Of a stretch of 60,165 bases of DNA, positions 27,394 to 36,562 are shown in pieces. Source of the stretch: Ignavibacteriales bacterium (GTDB taxonomy: Bacteria > Bacteroidota > Ignavibacteria > UBA10030); assembly GCA_016194505.1 (NCBI GenBank), contig JACQBK010000051.1, positions 1 to 60,165 of the forward strand, read 5' to 3'. Position numbers and translations under genes: made by a program. Under the pieces are notes generated by a model. That model did no database searches, was not told the origin of the DNA, and saw nothing but the letters and a program-made list of their open reading frames with translations. How positions within the stretch are numbered: the first letter of the stretch is position 1; each line of letters opens with the position of its first letter.

Positions 27394-28275
27394 TTATTTG
27401 TTTCTGCCGTCAGTGCGTGCATCAAAAAAAAGGAGCTGGCCGCGTGTGTAATCGACCGTCAGGATCAGATGCTTCAGTATATCCGAGCCAACTGCCAGCA
27501 GAATGGGTGGATTGAGCGAGGGGTCTATGCCGGCTTTGGGATTGACCCTGGCGGAGGGCACGGTAAAGACAAAAGGCCCGATGGAGAGAGAGTCGATTCG
27601 TACTCCGTTGCCCGACATTGGAAGATGGAGTTCCTGAACCAGTGTCGGGTCTATGTTACATCTGCTCGCACCGGTGTCAAATTCAATGAGGACCGGATGC
27701 CCGTTCACACGGCCGGTTGAAAGAATCAGACGCGGATGTCTGGAGGAACGCGTCAGTGGTAGCACTGCGAAACCCGGTGGCACATCCTGATGGGCAGACT
27801 GCGTAATGGCCAGAATTTCCGCCCGGTAGTCCAGCGTGAAACGGCTCCCCGGCAACATATCGGGTCCAACCAGACCTAACAGTGTGGCATCGGAGAATTC
27901 AAAAATCATCTGGTCGACAAGGGTGCGACCCAACACTTGAACAACTGGCGCCCGCACCTTGCGGTAGCTGCCGATGACTCTACCATCGGAGTCAAAACTA
28001 TTCCAGCGCCCCAATTCCGGTAGCTGAAGTTGGTCTAGCAATGAGGTAACCAAAGTAAGACCGACCATGTTGCCGGTGTCGAAGGGTAACCAGTAAGTGG
28101 AGTCCCCGATGCTAACCTGAAGAAAGGGGTACCCGAAGTCACCGCGGCGTATCGGGAACACTTCATCCGAACGATAGCCAAGCTGTGCTACCCAAACTGG
28201 CTGCTGTGCTTCTGCTTCAGCAGCCGCCAGTAAGGTCGTTAAGACAATTACCGGTAATACCCATGAATGTTTCAC
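27394..28275 (-). CDS. Secreted retropepsin-like (clan AA) aspartic protease with two DTG motifs
   Basis: The 293-aa product starts at GTG and has a signal peptide (VLPVIVLTTLLAAAEAEAQ). It has two Asp-Thr-Gly active-site motifs (LPFDTGNMVGL and IEFDTGASRCNI), consistent with a pseudo-dimeric single-chain aspartyl protease. Confidence 0.65.
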   Translation of the reverse strand: MKHSWVLPVIVLTTLLAAAEAEAQQPVWVAQLGYRSDEVFPIRRGDFGYPFLQVSIGDSTYWLPFDTGNMVGLTLVTSLLDQLQLPELGRWNSFDSDGRVIGSYRKVRAPVVQVLGRTLVDQMIFEFSDATLLGLVGPDMLPGSRFTLDYRAEILAITQSAHQDVPPGFAVLPLTRSSRHPRLILSTGRVNGHPVLIEFDTGASRCNIDPTLVQELHLPMSGNGVRIDSLSIGPFVFTVPSARVNPKAGIDPSLNPPILLAVGSDILKHLILTVDYTRGQLLFFDARTDGRNK

Positions 28276-28957
28276 GTGGACTCTTTTGAGAAATGGATAA
28301 TGCGAAGCCAGCTTAGGATTTTTATGATGGGATATGTTGGGTCAATTTCAAAAAAACGAGCGGCAAAATTTATGTTGCTTGGACGCTTATGGTGATTGTT
28401 CTGGAAAAGCTCCCCTAATGTAAGAAAATCGAATGGAGGCCGCACCAATTGACAATGCCGCCATGGATGGGTCCCATAATAAAATGCAACGGCAATAGCA
28501 AAAACATCCATGGAGAGGTTGCAAAGAGCACATAAAATACGATGTAAAGACCAACCCAGATAAACCGCATTGTCCACGAGTCGGCAAAACGGTCAAACCC
28601 AGGCCATTCGGGAATATTTTTATCAAACCCTTTTTCAGGCTCCACTCTTCGCAAGAGCAAATCCAAATAATAATCCTTCGCGCGCCACATCATTTTGAAC
28701 ATGCTTTTAAAATAGTGCGGCGAGTGGGGGTCTTTTTCCGTATCGCTATAGGCGTGGTGCATACGGTGCATAATGGCGTAGGCGCGGGGATTCAGAAACG
28801 ACGAGCCTTGCGTAACGTACGTAAAAAGATAGAATGCGCGCTCCCAAAACTTTGACATCGAAAACATCCGGTGCGCGGCATACCGATGTAAAAAGAACGT
28901 TTGGCTAAATAATGATGAAAACCAATGACCGAAAAAAAATAATATAACCGCCATCAC
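28272..28957 (-). pseudogene. Acyl-CoA (delta-9-type) fatty acid desaturase disrupted by a deletion and frameshift
   Basis: Two ORFs in different frames carry the histidine boxes. ORF 28415..28957 has HRYAAH and [17 protein letters not shown] and ends ...[11 protein letters not shown] 28272..28577 has ...[18 protein letters not shown]. The expected HK-GY...D-S-N segment between NWCG and FDFL is missing and the frame shifts at about 28425-28440. Confidence 0.6.
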
Positions 28958-29086
28958 AAACTCTCTTTATGGAAACTCATGTGCTAAGCCCATGGATGCC
29001 TTTCCACATCCCCATGGTGCAAAAAACGAGTTAAAAGATACAAACATGAAACGTTGAAAGCAACGGGATACATTCTACTCCCATCA

Positions 29087-30454
29087 TCAAGCAAGGATAA
29101 CGCTGAACGTAGAGCCTTTCCCGACTTCGCTTTTCATCTCCAACTGATACCCCATCATATCGCATAACAAGCGGGAAATAGCAAGCCCAAGTCCCGCACC
29201 GCCATATTGGCGTGAAGTGAGATTATCCGCTTGTTGAAATGCCTCAAAAATTGCTTTATGCCTGTCTTCTGGAATGCCGATGCCCGTATCAATCACATCT
29301 ATACGCACCGGACGATGCGCAGCCGGTTCAACTGTTACGCGAACAACCACTTCTCCTTGTTCCGTAAATTTCAATGCGTTGTTTAAAAGATTGATAAGCA
29401 CTTGTTTGAGTTTATTCTCATCGGCTTCTATGAAATCAATCGTTGGAGGGAGATCGACGTGAAGTTGAACGCCCGGATTGGCTGACGTATCTTGTAGAAG
29501 AAAGGCAGCATCGTTAACAATCTTATCAAGTGAAACCTTATTCAAATGAAGTTGGGGGCGCGCCGCTTCAAGCCTCGTAAAGTCAAGAATATCGCCAATC
29601 AAAACAAGCAGCAGCTTGCCATTGGCGACAATACGTTCAAGAAACGAAATATCATCTTGCTCCAATGCATGCATTTTGCGTTTTAACAACACATTGGCAA
29701 ACCCAATAATGGAGTTCAACGGTGTTCGAAGTTCATGGCTCATGTTAGCAAGAAACAGGCTCTTTGCGCGGTTTGCCTCTTCAGCTTTTTTTCGTGCATC
29801 CTGCAATTGTTTTGTGAGCCGTTGAATCTTCACTGCTCTGTTCCGCAGTGCGCCTTGCGAGCTAAGAGAGATGTACATGCCAGCCGCGTACACAATTAAC
29901 ACTTTGAGAATTTCGATAGACCAACCGAGGTGGCGTTGTTCAACGTATCCCATGTAAAGCAACAGGAGGCCGTAAAACAACACGGAACAGTGCGTAAGGA
30001 ACAGAAGGCGTCCGAAGCTTGTATGTGTTTGATCAACAACATGCATGATAACAATAAAAAATACCCAGCTTTTTTCTCCGCCGGAAAAATAAACACCCAA
30101 CACGAAAAAAATAATATCTACGACGATAAAGAAAAGGCCTAAGTCCAAACGCTCCATTCTCGTGTAGAAGAACCACAGGAGTATCCACGAAATAAATGAG
30201 TATCCGATGAATATTGAGATAATCGTGAAGACGCTTGACCATGAAAAGTAATCGAGGAAAAAATAATTGTGAGCAATAATGCCGGCGGTAACGAGCGAAA
30301 AGCCAATGAGGCGGGTGATAGGAATTTGCACAACGTTGATATGACGCAAAAAAGCGCTCGACGTTGGAAATCCTTGCATCTCTGTGCCCAGTTCGGATAA
30401 TACTTGTTGTATATTCAATGTTTTACCATGGGATAAGAAGAACAGCGGCTCCAT
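29087..30454 (-). CDS. Membrane sensor histidine kinase
   Basis: The 455-aa product has ~6 N-terminal TM helices. It has a HisKA H-box ([15 protein letters not shown]) and HATPase_c N/G boxes ([12 protein letters not shown]; DTGIGI; GGAGLGLAI). Confidence 0.9.
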   Translation of the reverse strand: MEPLFFLSHGKTLNIQQVLSELGTEMQGFPTSSAFLRHINVVQIPITRLIGFSLVTAGIIAHNYFFLDYFSWSSVFTIISIFIGYSFISWILLWFFYTRMERLDLGLFFIVVDIIFFVLGVYFSGGEKSWVFFIVIMHVVDQTHTSFGRLLFLTHCSVLFYGLLLLYMGYVEQRHLGWSIEILKVLIVYAAGMYISLSSQGALRNRAVKIQRLTKQLQDARKKAEEANRAKSLFLANMSHELRTPLNSIIGFANVLLKRKMHALEQDDISFLERIVANGKLLLVLIGDILDFTRLEAARPQLHLNKVSLDKIVNDAAFLLQDTSANPGVQLHVDLPPTIDFIEADENKLKQVLINLLNNALKFTEQGEVVVRVTVEPAAHRPVRIDVIDTGIGIPEDRHKAIFEAFQQADNLTSRQYGGAGLGLAISRLLCDMMGYQLEMKSEVGKGSTFSVILA

Positions 30455-30510
30455 CCACGAACAAAACTACAACAATGGCACTACGACCATGAAGGAAACA
30501 ATACAACCTT

Positions 30511-31254
30511 TTATTTCTCAGTCTTTCTTGACGTGGTCTCGAAATTATCGAGAAGCATTGAGAACATGGGCTCTATTTCATCGAGCTCGCTGTCAATAAA
30601 GTAAGAAATGCCATCACCAAAGGAATGAAGAATAACAACGGCATTCACGTTGGCGTCTTTTTTGGAAGCATTAACCAACCGTTGGGACATACCCTTGTTG
30701 ACAAGGTTGACGGATTTGTAAATCTCCTGTAACTTTTTGAGCGTCCAATCCGGCTCTTTTCCTTTTCTCAGAAGGAGAAATTGAGCCGTAAGATATGCTG
30801 ATACAGAGCGAAAAAAAGTCTCTATGGAAGTTGCAAACGGAAGATGAAACCGGGTCATCGGGCGCAGCTTATCCATCACCGGGCAATTGCTGGTCACCAT
30901 GTAAACTCCGATAATAGAACTTAGTCCTTTTTGCAGCGTGGTTTTCTTCTGATAGATTCGTTGAGCGGTTTCAACCGTAACGACGGTGGACTCAAATGAA
31001 ACGTCATTGCGGAACGTCTCTACCAATTTCGAGAGATTGACTGCAACGGGACAATACTCAACGCCATCTGCAAGGGGGCAGTTTTCGCATTGAAAGTATT
31101 TTAGTTTAGTCCATTCGGGCTTCGGCTGGTCTTTGTCCTGAATGAGCTCAAGCGATTGAGCATCCAAGAGTATTTCAAACTCTGTTGTCGTGCCATTTTC
31201 AAACTGGAACTTGTAGAGATAGCGAAGAACTTCCGTGTGCTTATCGTTAGCCAT
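30511..31254 (-). CDS. Uncharacterised soluble protein with a CxxCP...YCP motif, embedded in the two-component operon
   Basis: The 247-aa ORF has coding-like composition and short gaps to its neighbours on the same strand. It carries the Cys motif FQCENCPLADGVEYCPV plus a later conserved-looking NCPV. I recognise no family. Confidence 0.55.
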   Translation of the reverse strand: MANDKHTEVLRYLYKFQFENGTTTEFEILLDAQSLELIQDKDQPKPEWTKLKYFQCENCPLADGVEYCPVAVNLSKLVETFRNDVSFESTVVTVETAQRIYQKKTTLQKGLSSIIGVYMVTSNCPVMDKLRPMTRFHLPFATSIETFFRSVSAYLTAQFLLLRKGKEPDWTLKKLQEIYKSVNLVNKGMSQRLVNASKKDANVNAVVILHSFGDGISYFIDSELDEIEPMFSMLLDNFETTSRKTEK

Positions 31255-31330
31255 AAGAGCGTTTGGATTATCCTAGGCATTCGTGTAGAATACCGCGCCA
31301 TGATGCTGATGTATAAAATAATGAGTTGAA

Positions 31331-32002
31331 TTATGTAGCTGTCCGCAGTGCCTGCAAGCGTTTCGTAATTTCTTCCGCATTGATTTGGCCGCTTTCAATT
31401 TTGCCTTTTTCAAATTCGCGGAGCGAAAAATCTATAAGTGCTTGGATCGTTGAAGCCATTTTCGAATTTTTTTCTATCGCTTCCTCAATCAACTTTTGAC
31501 GTTCTTTCGATTGAGAGGCTGAATGCAATTTTGCCGCTCGGCCAAGTTGGCCTTGGATCGCCTTGAGCGGTTCTAGTAAATCGTGCAGAAACAGGGAGGA
31601 ATATTGCTCTTGCACTTCATACAACGCTTTTTCGGAAGAGCGGGAACGTAAGAGCGATTTGAGGCGGGTTACGAGTTCGGTCGTGTCAACAGGCTTTACA
31701 AGATAATCCCGCGCCCCCATTTTAAGACACTCGATGGCGGTGCTAAAATCCGCAAAGCCCGTGAGCATAATCACCTCTGTATGAGGATACTCCTGGCGGA
31801 TGAGCGTTAACGCTTCGATGCCGCTCATGCGAGGCATATTAATATCCAGCAGTGTAATATCGGCCGGTTGGGATTTTAATTTCTCCAGCGCCTCTTCGCC
31901 ATCGCCTGCAACATCCACCTCAAAGCCTGCAGACGCGAGCTTGAATTTCAAAGACATGCGGAGACTTTCCTCATCATCTACCACTAAAATTTTATCGTTC
32001 AT
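31331..32002 (-). CDS. Response regulator receiver fused to a DHp (HisKA-like) helical domain with no ATPase domain
   Basis: The 223-aa product has a canonical REC domain (ILVVDDEES...TLLDINMPRMSG...VIMLTG...KP). A C-terminal H-box-like FLHDLLEPLKAIQGQL follows within a helical region. No N/G1/G2 boxes are present. Confidence 0.8.
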   Translation of the reverse strand: MNDKILVVDDEESLRMSLKFKLASAGFEVDVAGDGEEALEKLKSQPADITLLDINMPRMSGIEALTLIRQEYPHTEVIMLTGFADFSTAIECLKMGARDYLVKPVDTTELVTRLKSLLRSRSSEKALYEVQEQYSSLFLHDLLEPLKAIQGQLGRAAKLHSASQSKERQKLIEEAIEKNSKMASTIQALIDFSLREFEKGKIESGQINAEEITKRLQALRTAT

Positions 32003-32029
32003 GCTATCCTCGTTAAAAAAGATTAATAG

Positions 32030-33139
32030 TTATCCTTGAGCAACCGGCAAAGTAAAGCTGAACGTTGTTTCTTTGCCCGGGTCACTTTGTACAGCGACGG
32101 TTCCTCCTTGCGCTTCAACGATCAATTTACAAATCACAAGACCCAGCCCCGTCCCTTTTTGTTTTACCGTTTTCGCGGACGATGCCTGTTTATACCTCGA
32201 GAACAGAGTTGGGATTTCATCGGGCATGATGCCCACACCGTTATCAGTAATGCGTACACGCACAAATTTTCCGTCTTTGTTTTCCGGATCCATTTCGGCT
32301 TTGATGCAGATGGCGCCGCCACTCTTCGTGAACTTTTGGGCGTTACTTAAAAAATTCATCACAACTTGTTCCGTCTTTCCCGGATCAACATGGACATCGG
32401 GCAACCCCGGCGCGTACTGTGTTGTTACCGTGATATTTTTTTGCTTCAACTGCAATCCCATTTGTATGAGAATGGGTTCAATAAAGCGGGAAACAGGAAC
32501 ATTCGACTTCTCGATGGTAATATTGCCCCTTTCGTACTTCGAGAGATCGAGGAAGTCGCTGATCAATTCGAGAAGTTTTTCCGCAGAGCCATGCGCTGAT
32601 TGGAGTAACTCCACATGGTCATCGGAAAGAGGAGACCCCGGCGGCGCATCTAAAACCAACTCCACCACGCTTTTAATGCCAATGAGCGGACTGCGCAAAT
32701 CGTGAACAAGCATCGCCATAAAATCTGCTTTCGTTCGCTCAAGCTCTGCCTCTGCTTTTTTGATACGGATGAGCATTTTGGTGCGCACCAGCAGTTCTTC
32801 GGTATCAATAGGCTTCGTCAAGTATTGGTCGGCGCCTAACGCCAAGCCCTTTGCGATGCTTTCAACATCTTTCTTTTGCGCCGTCAGGAAAATTACCGGA
32901 ATTTTCGCCGTGATGGGGTTCGCCCGCAAACGCTTCAGCGTTTCAAAGCCATCCATCTCCGGCATTTGAATATCGAGCAAAATGAGCTCCGGGGTTTTTT
33001 CTTGCGCGATTTCAAGGCACTGCTTGCCGCTTGTTGCTCTCAGCAAGTGGATCGGCTTTCTTTTTAACGCAAACTCCAAAAGATCTAGGTTGTCTTCAGT
33101 ATCATCAACGACAAGTATTGTTGGTTCCTCGTTAAACAT
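32030..33139 (-). CDS. Receiver-histidine kinase hybrid (REC-HisKA-HATPase_c)
   Basis: The 369-aa product has an N-terminal REC domain (ILVVDDTEDN...LLDIQMPEMDGF...IFLTAQ...KP). It has the H-box MLVHDLRSPLIGI and ATPase boxes (FLSNAQKFT; DNGVGI; GTGLGLVI). Confidence 0.9.
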   Translation of the reverse strand: MFNEEPTILVVDDTEDNLDLLEFALKRKPIHLLRATSGKQCLEIAQEKTPELILLDIQMPEMDGFETLKRLRANPITAKIPVIFLTAQKKDVESIAKGLALGADQYLTKPIDTEELLVRTKMLIRIKKAEAELERTKADFMAMLVHDLRSPLIGIKSVVELVLDAPPGSPLSDDHVELLQSAHGSAEKLLELISDFLDLSKYERGNITIEKSNVPVSRFIEPILIQMGLQLKQKNITVTTQYAPGLPDVHVDPGKTEQVVMNFLSNAQKFTKSGGAICIKAEMDPENKDGKFVRVRITDNGVGIMPDEIPTLFSRYKQASSAKTVKQKGTGLGLVICKLIVEAQGGTVAVQSDPGKETTFSFTLPVAQG

Positions 33140-33156
33140 CGTTACCTCACTTCAAA

Positions 33157-36057
33157 TTAATGTGTTGCGTTCAATATGCGTTTGATTGTGTTGGTCATTT
33201 CTGCCGTCGAGAACGAATCTTTCTTAAAATAATCGGCAATATGCGCATTCAACTGTCGTTGCTCATCTTCGGATAATTCTTTGCCGGAGAGAATGACCAC
33301 CGGAATTTTTTTCCACTGTTCCTTCTGTTGAAGCTCGCGAACGACTTGAAACCCATCCATCCCCGGCATGATTAAATCCAGGAGAATGAGTGAGGGCAAA
33401 GACTCATCTAAAATTTTAAGCGCTTCCTTGCCGCCTGTTGCGATCCGCACGTTGAAGCCATCCCTCTTAAGCAAATCTTTGAAGGCGAGAGCAAAATCTT
33501 CATGGTCGTCAACGAGCAGAATAAACTGATCATTCGATTGATAATAACGCTTGACGAGGGAAAGAAGGCGTTTCGGCTCGGTGGGTTTCGTCATCACATC
33601 CACAGCGCCGAGAGACATGGCAAGAGGCTTATTTTCCACGATGGAATGGATAATGACGGGAATATCCATCGTATCCGGATTTTGTTTCAACTCCCGAAGA
33701 ACCTGCCAACCATCCTTTCGGGGCATCATAATATCGAGTGTGATGAGCGCGGGTTTTATTTTCGCTGCGGCTTCTACTCCTTCTTCACCCGATAGCGCGC
33801 CAGTGACCGAGTAGCCTTCGGGCACCAAATATTTTCTCAATATTTCGATAACATCAGGGTCATCATCAATACATAAGATTTGGACACCTTGAGGTTTATC
33901 CCCTTGTTTTTGTAATGTTTCCTTAATTGCCGCCATTGATGGCGCGGTTCTGGGCGGCGGCGGAATAGTTTGAGGCTTCAGGTCAGTCTTTCCACCGGCG
34001 GCTTGTTGCTGTTGTTGCGGCAACGTCGGAGGAATTGTCAATATGAATGTAGAACCGTGACCATATTCGCTATCCACGGTCAGGTCGCCGCCTAACATGC
34101 GTGCAAGCTTGCGTGAAATAGGGAGACCTAAACCCGTGCCTTTATATTTGCGCGTGTTGCTGCTATCCACTTGCTTGAATTCTTCAAAGACCAGATCAAA
34201 ATTCTTTTTCTCGATACCTATGCCGGAATCTTTAATGGCAAATGAAACCATATCCCCCTGTTGCTGAACGTTAACGAGAATTTCACCTTTCTCGGTAAAC
34301 TTGGAGGCGTTGCTTAACAGGTTGACAAGAATTTGGCGGACTTTGACAATATCCGTGGTGAGCGTTGGCAGATTTTGTTGAATATCCTGAACCAACGATA
34401 ACTTCTTTTGTTGAATCAGCGGCTCAACGATGAGCATGCAGTTGGAAACGACAGAAGGAATATCTTCACTTTCGACACTCAGCGTCATTCTGCCCGATTC
34501 CAGCTTGGAAAGATCAAGAATATCGTTGATAAGTTGCAGGAGATGTTTTCCATTTTTAAGGACTTTCTCAAGCGCCATCCGTTGATCGGCTGTGAGCGGA
34601 TCGCCGTTTGGACCCAATAAAACCGAGCTAAATCCGATAATGGAATTAAGCGGCGTTCGCAACTCGTGAGACATGCTGGAAAGAAAATCCGACTTGACCC
34701 GATAGGCTTTTTCCAACTCGGAATTCTTAGAGTTCAATTCTTCATTGCGTTTAGCAATCTCAAGCGAGAGCTTGCGTGTTGCGTCATCGTTCATCGCGTT
34801 GGTGATGGCAACGCTTAACTGCGGAACGGAGTTGTTGACGATTTCCTTCTCTAAATCGCCAAATTTTTTCATCGAGCCGAGCACAAGTACCCCAAGAATG
34901 CGCTCCTGAAACATAATCGGCACTGCCATAATATATTGCGGCAGCAACTCGATCAAACCGGTGTCAACGGAAAAACCGGTCGAGGCGGGGATGTCATCAA
35001 TTTCTAAAATCTTTCCCTGTGCGGCGCATTGGCCAGGGATGCCTTCTCCAATCGCGAACGATTTAATCGTTTCGCCTTTGCTCTTCAACGCATAGCCGCT
35101 TACAAGCTCCAACATATTGCTTTCGCGATTGACAATATAGAGCGCGCCAACCGAGGCTTGCGTGTGCGAGCACAGAAGGCGAAGGCTTTTCTTTTCAACG
35201 TCCTCGATGTGCTCAAGCGAATTTAGCGTTGTCACAAGCTCGGAGTATGCTTGGAGACGCGTATAGTTGTTCCCCAGCATGGCTGACATTTTGTTGAAAT
35301 CACCTGCGAGGTCACCCAGTTCATCCGATCTGTTGAGGGTGATGGGTTCAAATTTCCCCAACATAATATTCTGCGTTCCATTTTTGAGAAGGCGAATAGG
35401 CTTTGTGATAGAACGGGTGAGCACAAATCCTAATGCCAAGGCAAAGATGGCAAGAAGGATATTGACAAGGCCGATAAATTTTCCCAAGTCACTGCTGAGG
35501 CTTGTTGCTAATTCGATACTTCTTGGTTGAGAGGCGATTTTATGTGAATAAAGATCGCGTATAATTTTTCGCGCGTTTGGGATATATTGTATTTGAGCTT
35601 CTATTTCGGCAAGAGTACGTAGTTGTGTTTGAAATGCCTTGGGGTCCTTTTGAAGATTTTTATTGTCACCCAGCAAAATCAGCGAATCACCAACATTTTG
35701 CATCCAACCGAAATAGAGTTCCCGGATTTGCTTTATATCTTGAATTGCAGAACTATCGGCATAATCTTTCTTCAATGTGTTCAGCGCATCATCAAATTCT
35801 TTCCAACCTGTTTCGTAGGTCGCTTTTGCCAATGCCGATGCGGTAAAGGCATATTCGTTTGCCGCCGCCGGAACATCGTTAATGTAACGACGGACTTTTT
35901 CTATATCGCCAAGCGTTGTGATATCCGCCGAGGCGATGCTAAAATTCTGCTCGATCTGCGAGAGAATCCTCAGCGTGAGGAATGTCATCGTCGTAAGGAT
36001 GACAAGCAGCAAGGCGAAGTTCGCGAGCACTCTCCAATATAATTTTGATTTCAACAT
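33157..36057 (-). CDS. Hybrid sensor histidine kinase (2 TM periplasmic sensor-HAMP-GAF-HisKA-HATPase_c-REC-REC)
   Basis: The 966-aa product has two TM segments flanking a ~160-aa extracytoplasmic region, then a HAMP domain (TKPIRLLKNG...ELGDLAGDFNKM) and a GAF-like region. The H-box is [15 protein letters not shown] and the ATPase boxes include GTGLGLPI. A P/Q-rich linker precedes two canonical REC domains. Confidence 0.9.
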   Translation of the reverse strand: MLKSKLYWRVLANFALLLVILTTMTFLTLRILSQIEQNFSIASADITTLGDIEKVRRYINDVPAAANEYAFTASALAKATYETGWKEFDDALNTLKKDYADSSAIQDIKQIRELYFGWMQNVGDSLILLGDNKNLQKDPKAFQTQLRTLAEIEAQIQYIPNARKIIRDLYSHKIASQPRSIELATSLSSDLGKFIGLVNILLAIFALALGFVLTRSITKPIRLLKNGTQNIMLGKFEPITLNRSDELGDLAGDFNKMSAMLGNNYTRLQAYSELVTTLNSLEHIEDVEKKSLRLLCSHTQASVGALYIVNRESNMLELVSGYALKSKGETIKSFAIGEGIPGQCAAQGKILEIDDIPASTGFSVDTGLIELLPQYIMAVPIMFQERILGVLVLGSMKKFGDLEKEIVNNSVPQLSVAITNAMNDDATRKLSLEIAKRNEELNSKNSELEKAYRVKSDFLSSMSHELRTPLNSIIGFSSVLLGPNGDPLTADQRMALEKVLKNGKHLLQLINDILDLSKLESGRMTLSVESEDIPSVVSNCMLIVEPLIQQKKLSLVQDIQQNLPTLTTDIVKVRQILVNLLSNASKFTEKGEILVNVQQQGDMVSFAIKDSGIGIEKKNFDLVFEEFKQVDSSNTRKYKGTGLGLPISRKLARMLGGDLTVDSEYGHGSTFILTIPPTLPQQQQQAAGGKTDLKPQTIPPPPRTAPSMAAIKETLQKQGDKPQGVQILCIDDDPDVIEILRKYLVPEGYSVTGALSGEEGVEAAAKIKPALITLDIMMPRKDGWQVLRELKQNPDTMDIPVIIHSIVENKPLAMSLGAVDVMTKPTEPKRLLSLVKRYYQSNDQFILLVDDHEDFALAFKDLLKRDGFNVRIATGGKEALKILDESLPSLILLDLIMPGMDGFQVVRELQQKEQWKKIPVVILSGKELSEDEQRQLNAHIADYFKKDSFSTAEMTNTIKRILNATH

Positions 36058-36123
36058 AGATCGTCTGTGGCTACGTAGTGAGAAAATTGGGACAACTTAT
36101 CGTTGCGCAATGTTTTGGTGCGT

Positions 36124-36498
36124 TCACGAGTTCAAATATTTTTGTATGAGATTGAGCAGTTCCTCGGGGTCCATCGGCTTCGAGTAGTGCTCGGCACAGC
36201 CGATTTCTTTCGTGCGCGCTTTGTCTTCGGGTTTCGCCTGCGCCGTAAACGCGATGATGGGAATATGCTTCGTCCTCTCATCTGCCTTTAAAAGGGGAAC
36301 AGCCTGCCAGCCATCCATCACGGGCATCTGCATGTCCATCAAAATTAAAACCGGCGTTTTGCTGAACGCTTTTTCAAGGGCTTCCTGACCGTTCTCTGCA
36401 ATCTCCAGCTTTACATCTAAGCGGCTGCGGGAAATCACAAAGCTTACCAAATCACGGCTGTCCTCGTCATCTTCGACAAGTAATAGTGTCTTGCTCAT
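36124..36498 (-). CDS. Single-domain CheY-like response regulator
   Basis: The 124-aa product has canonical REC residues (LLVEDDEDS; LILMDMQMPVMDG; IIAFTAQA; YSKP). Confidence 0.9.
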   Translation of the reverse strand: MSKTLLLVEDDEDSRDLVSFVISRSRLDVKLEIAENGQEALEKAFSKTPVLILMDMQMPVMDGWQAVPLLKADERTKHIPIIAFTAQAKPEDKARTKEIGCAEHYSKPMDPEELLNLIQKYLNS

Positions 36499-36562
36499 GC
36501 TACGCTCCTTAATTTAGCGACAAGTGTCCACGGAATGAGTTGCCACGCGTCACAGTTCCTTG

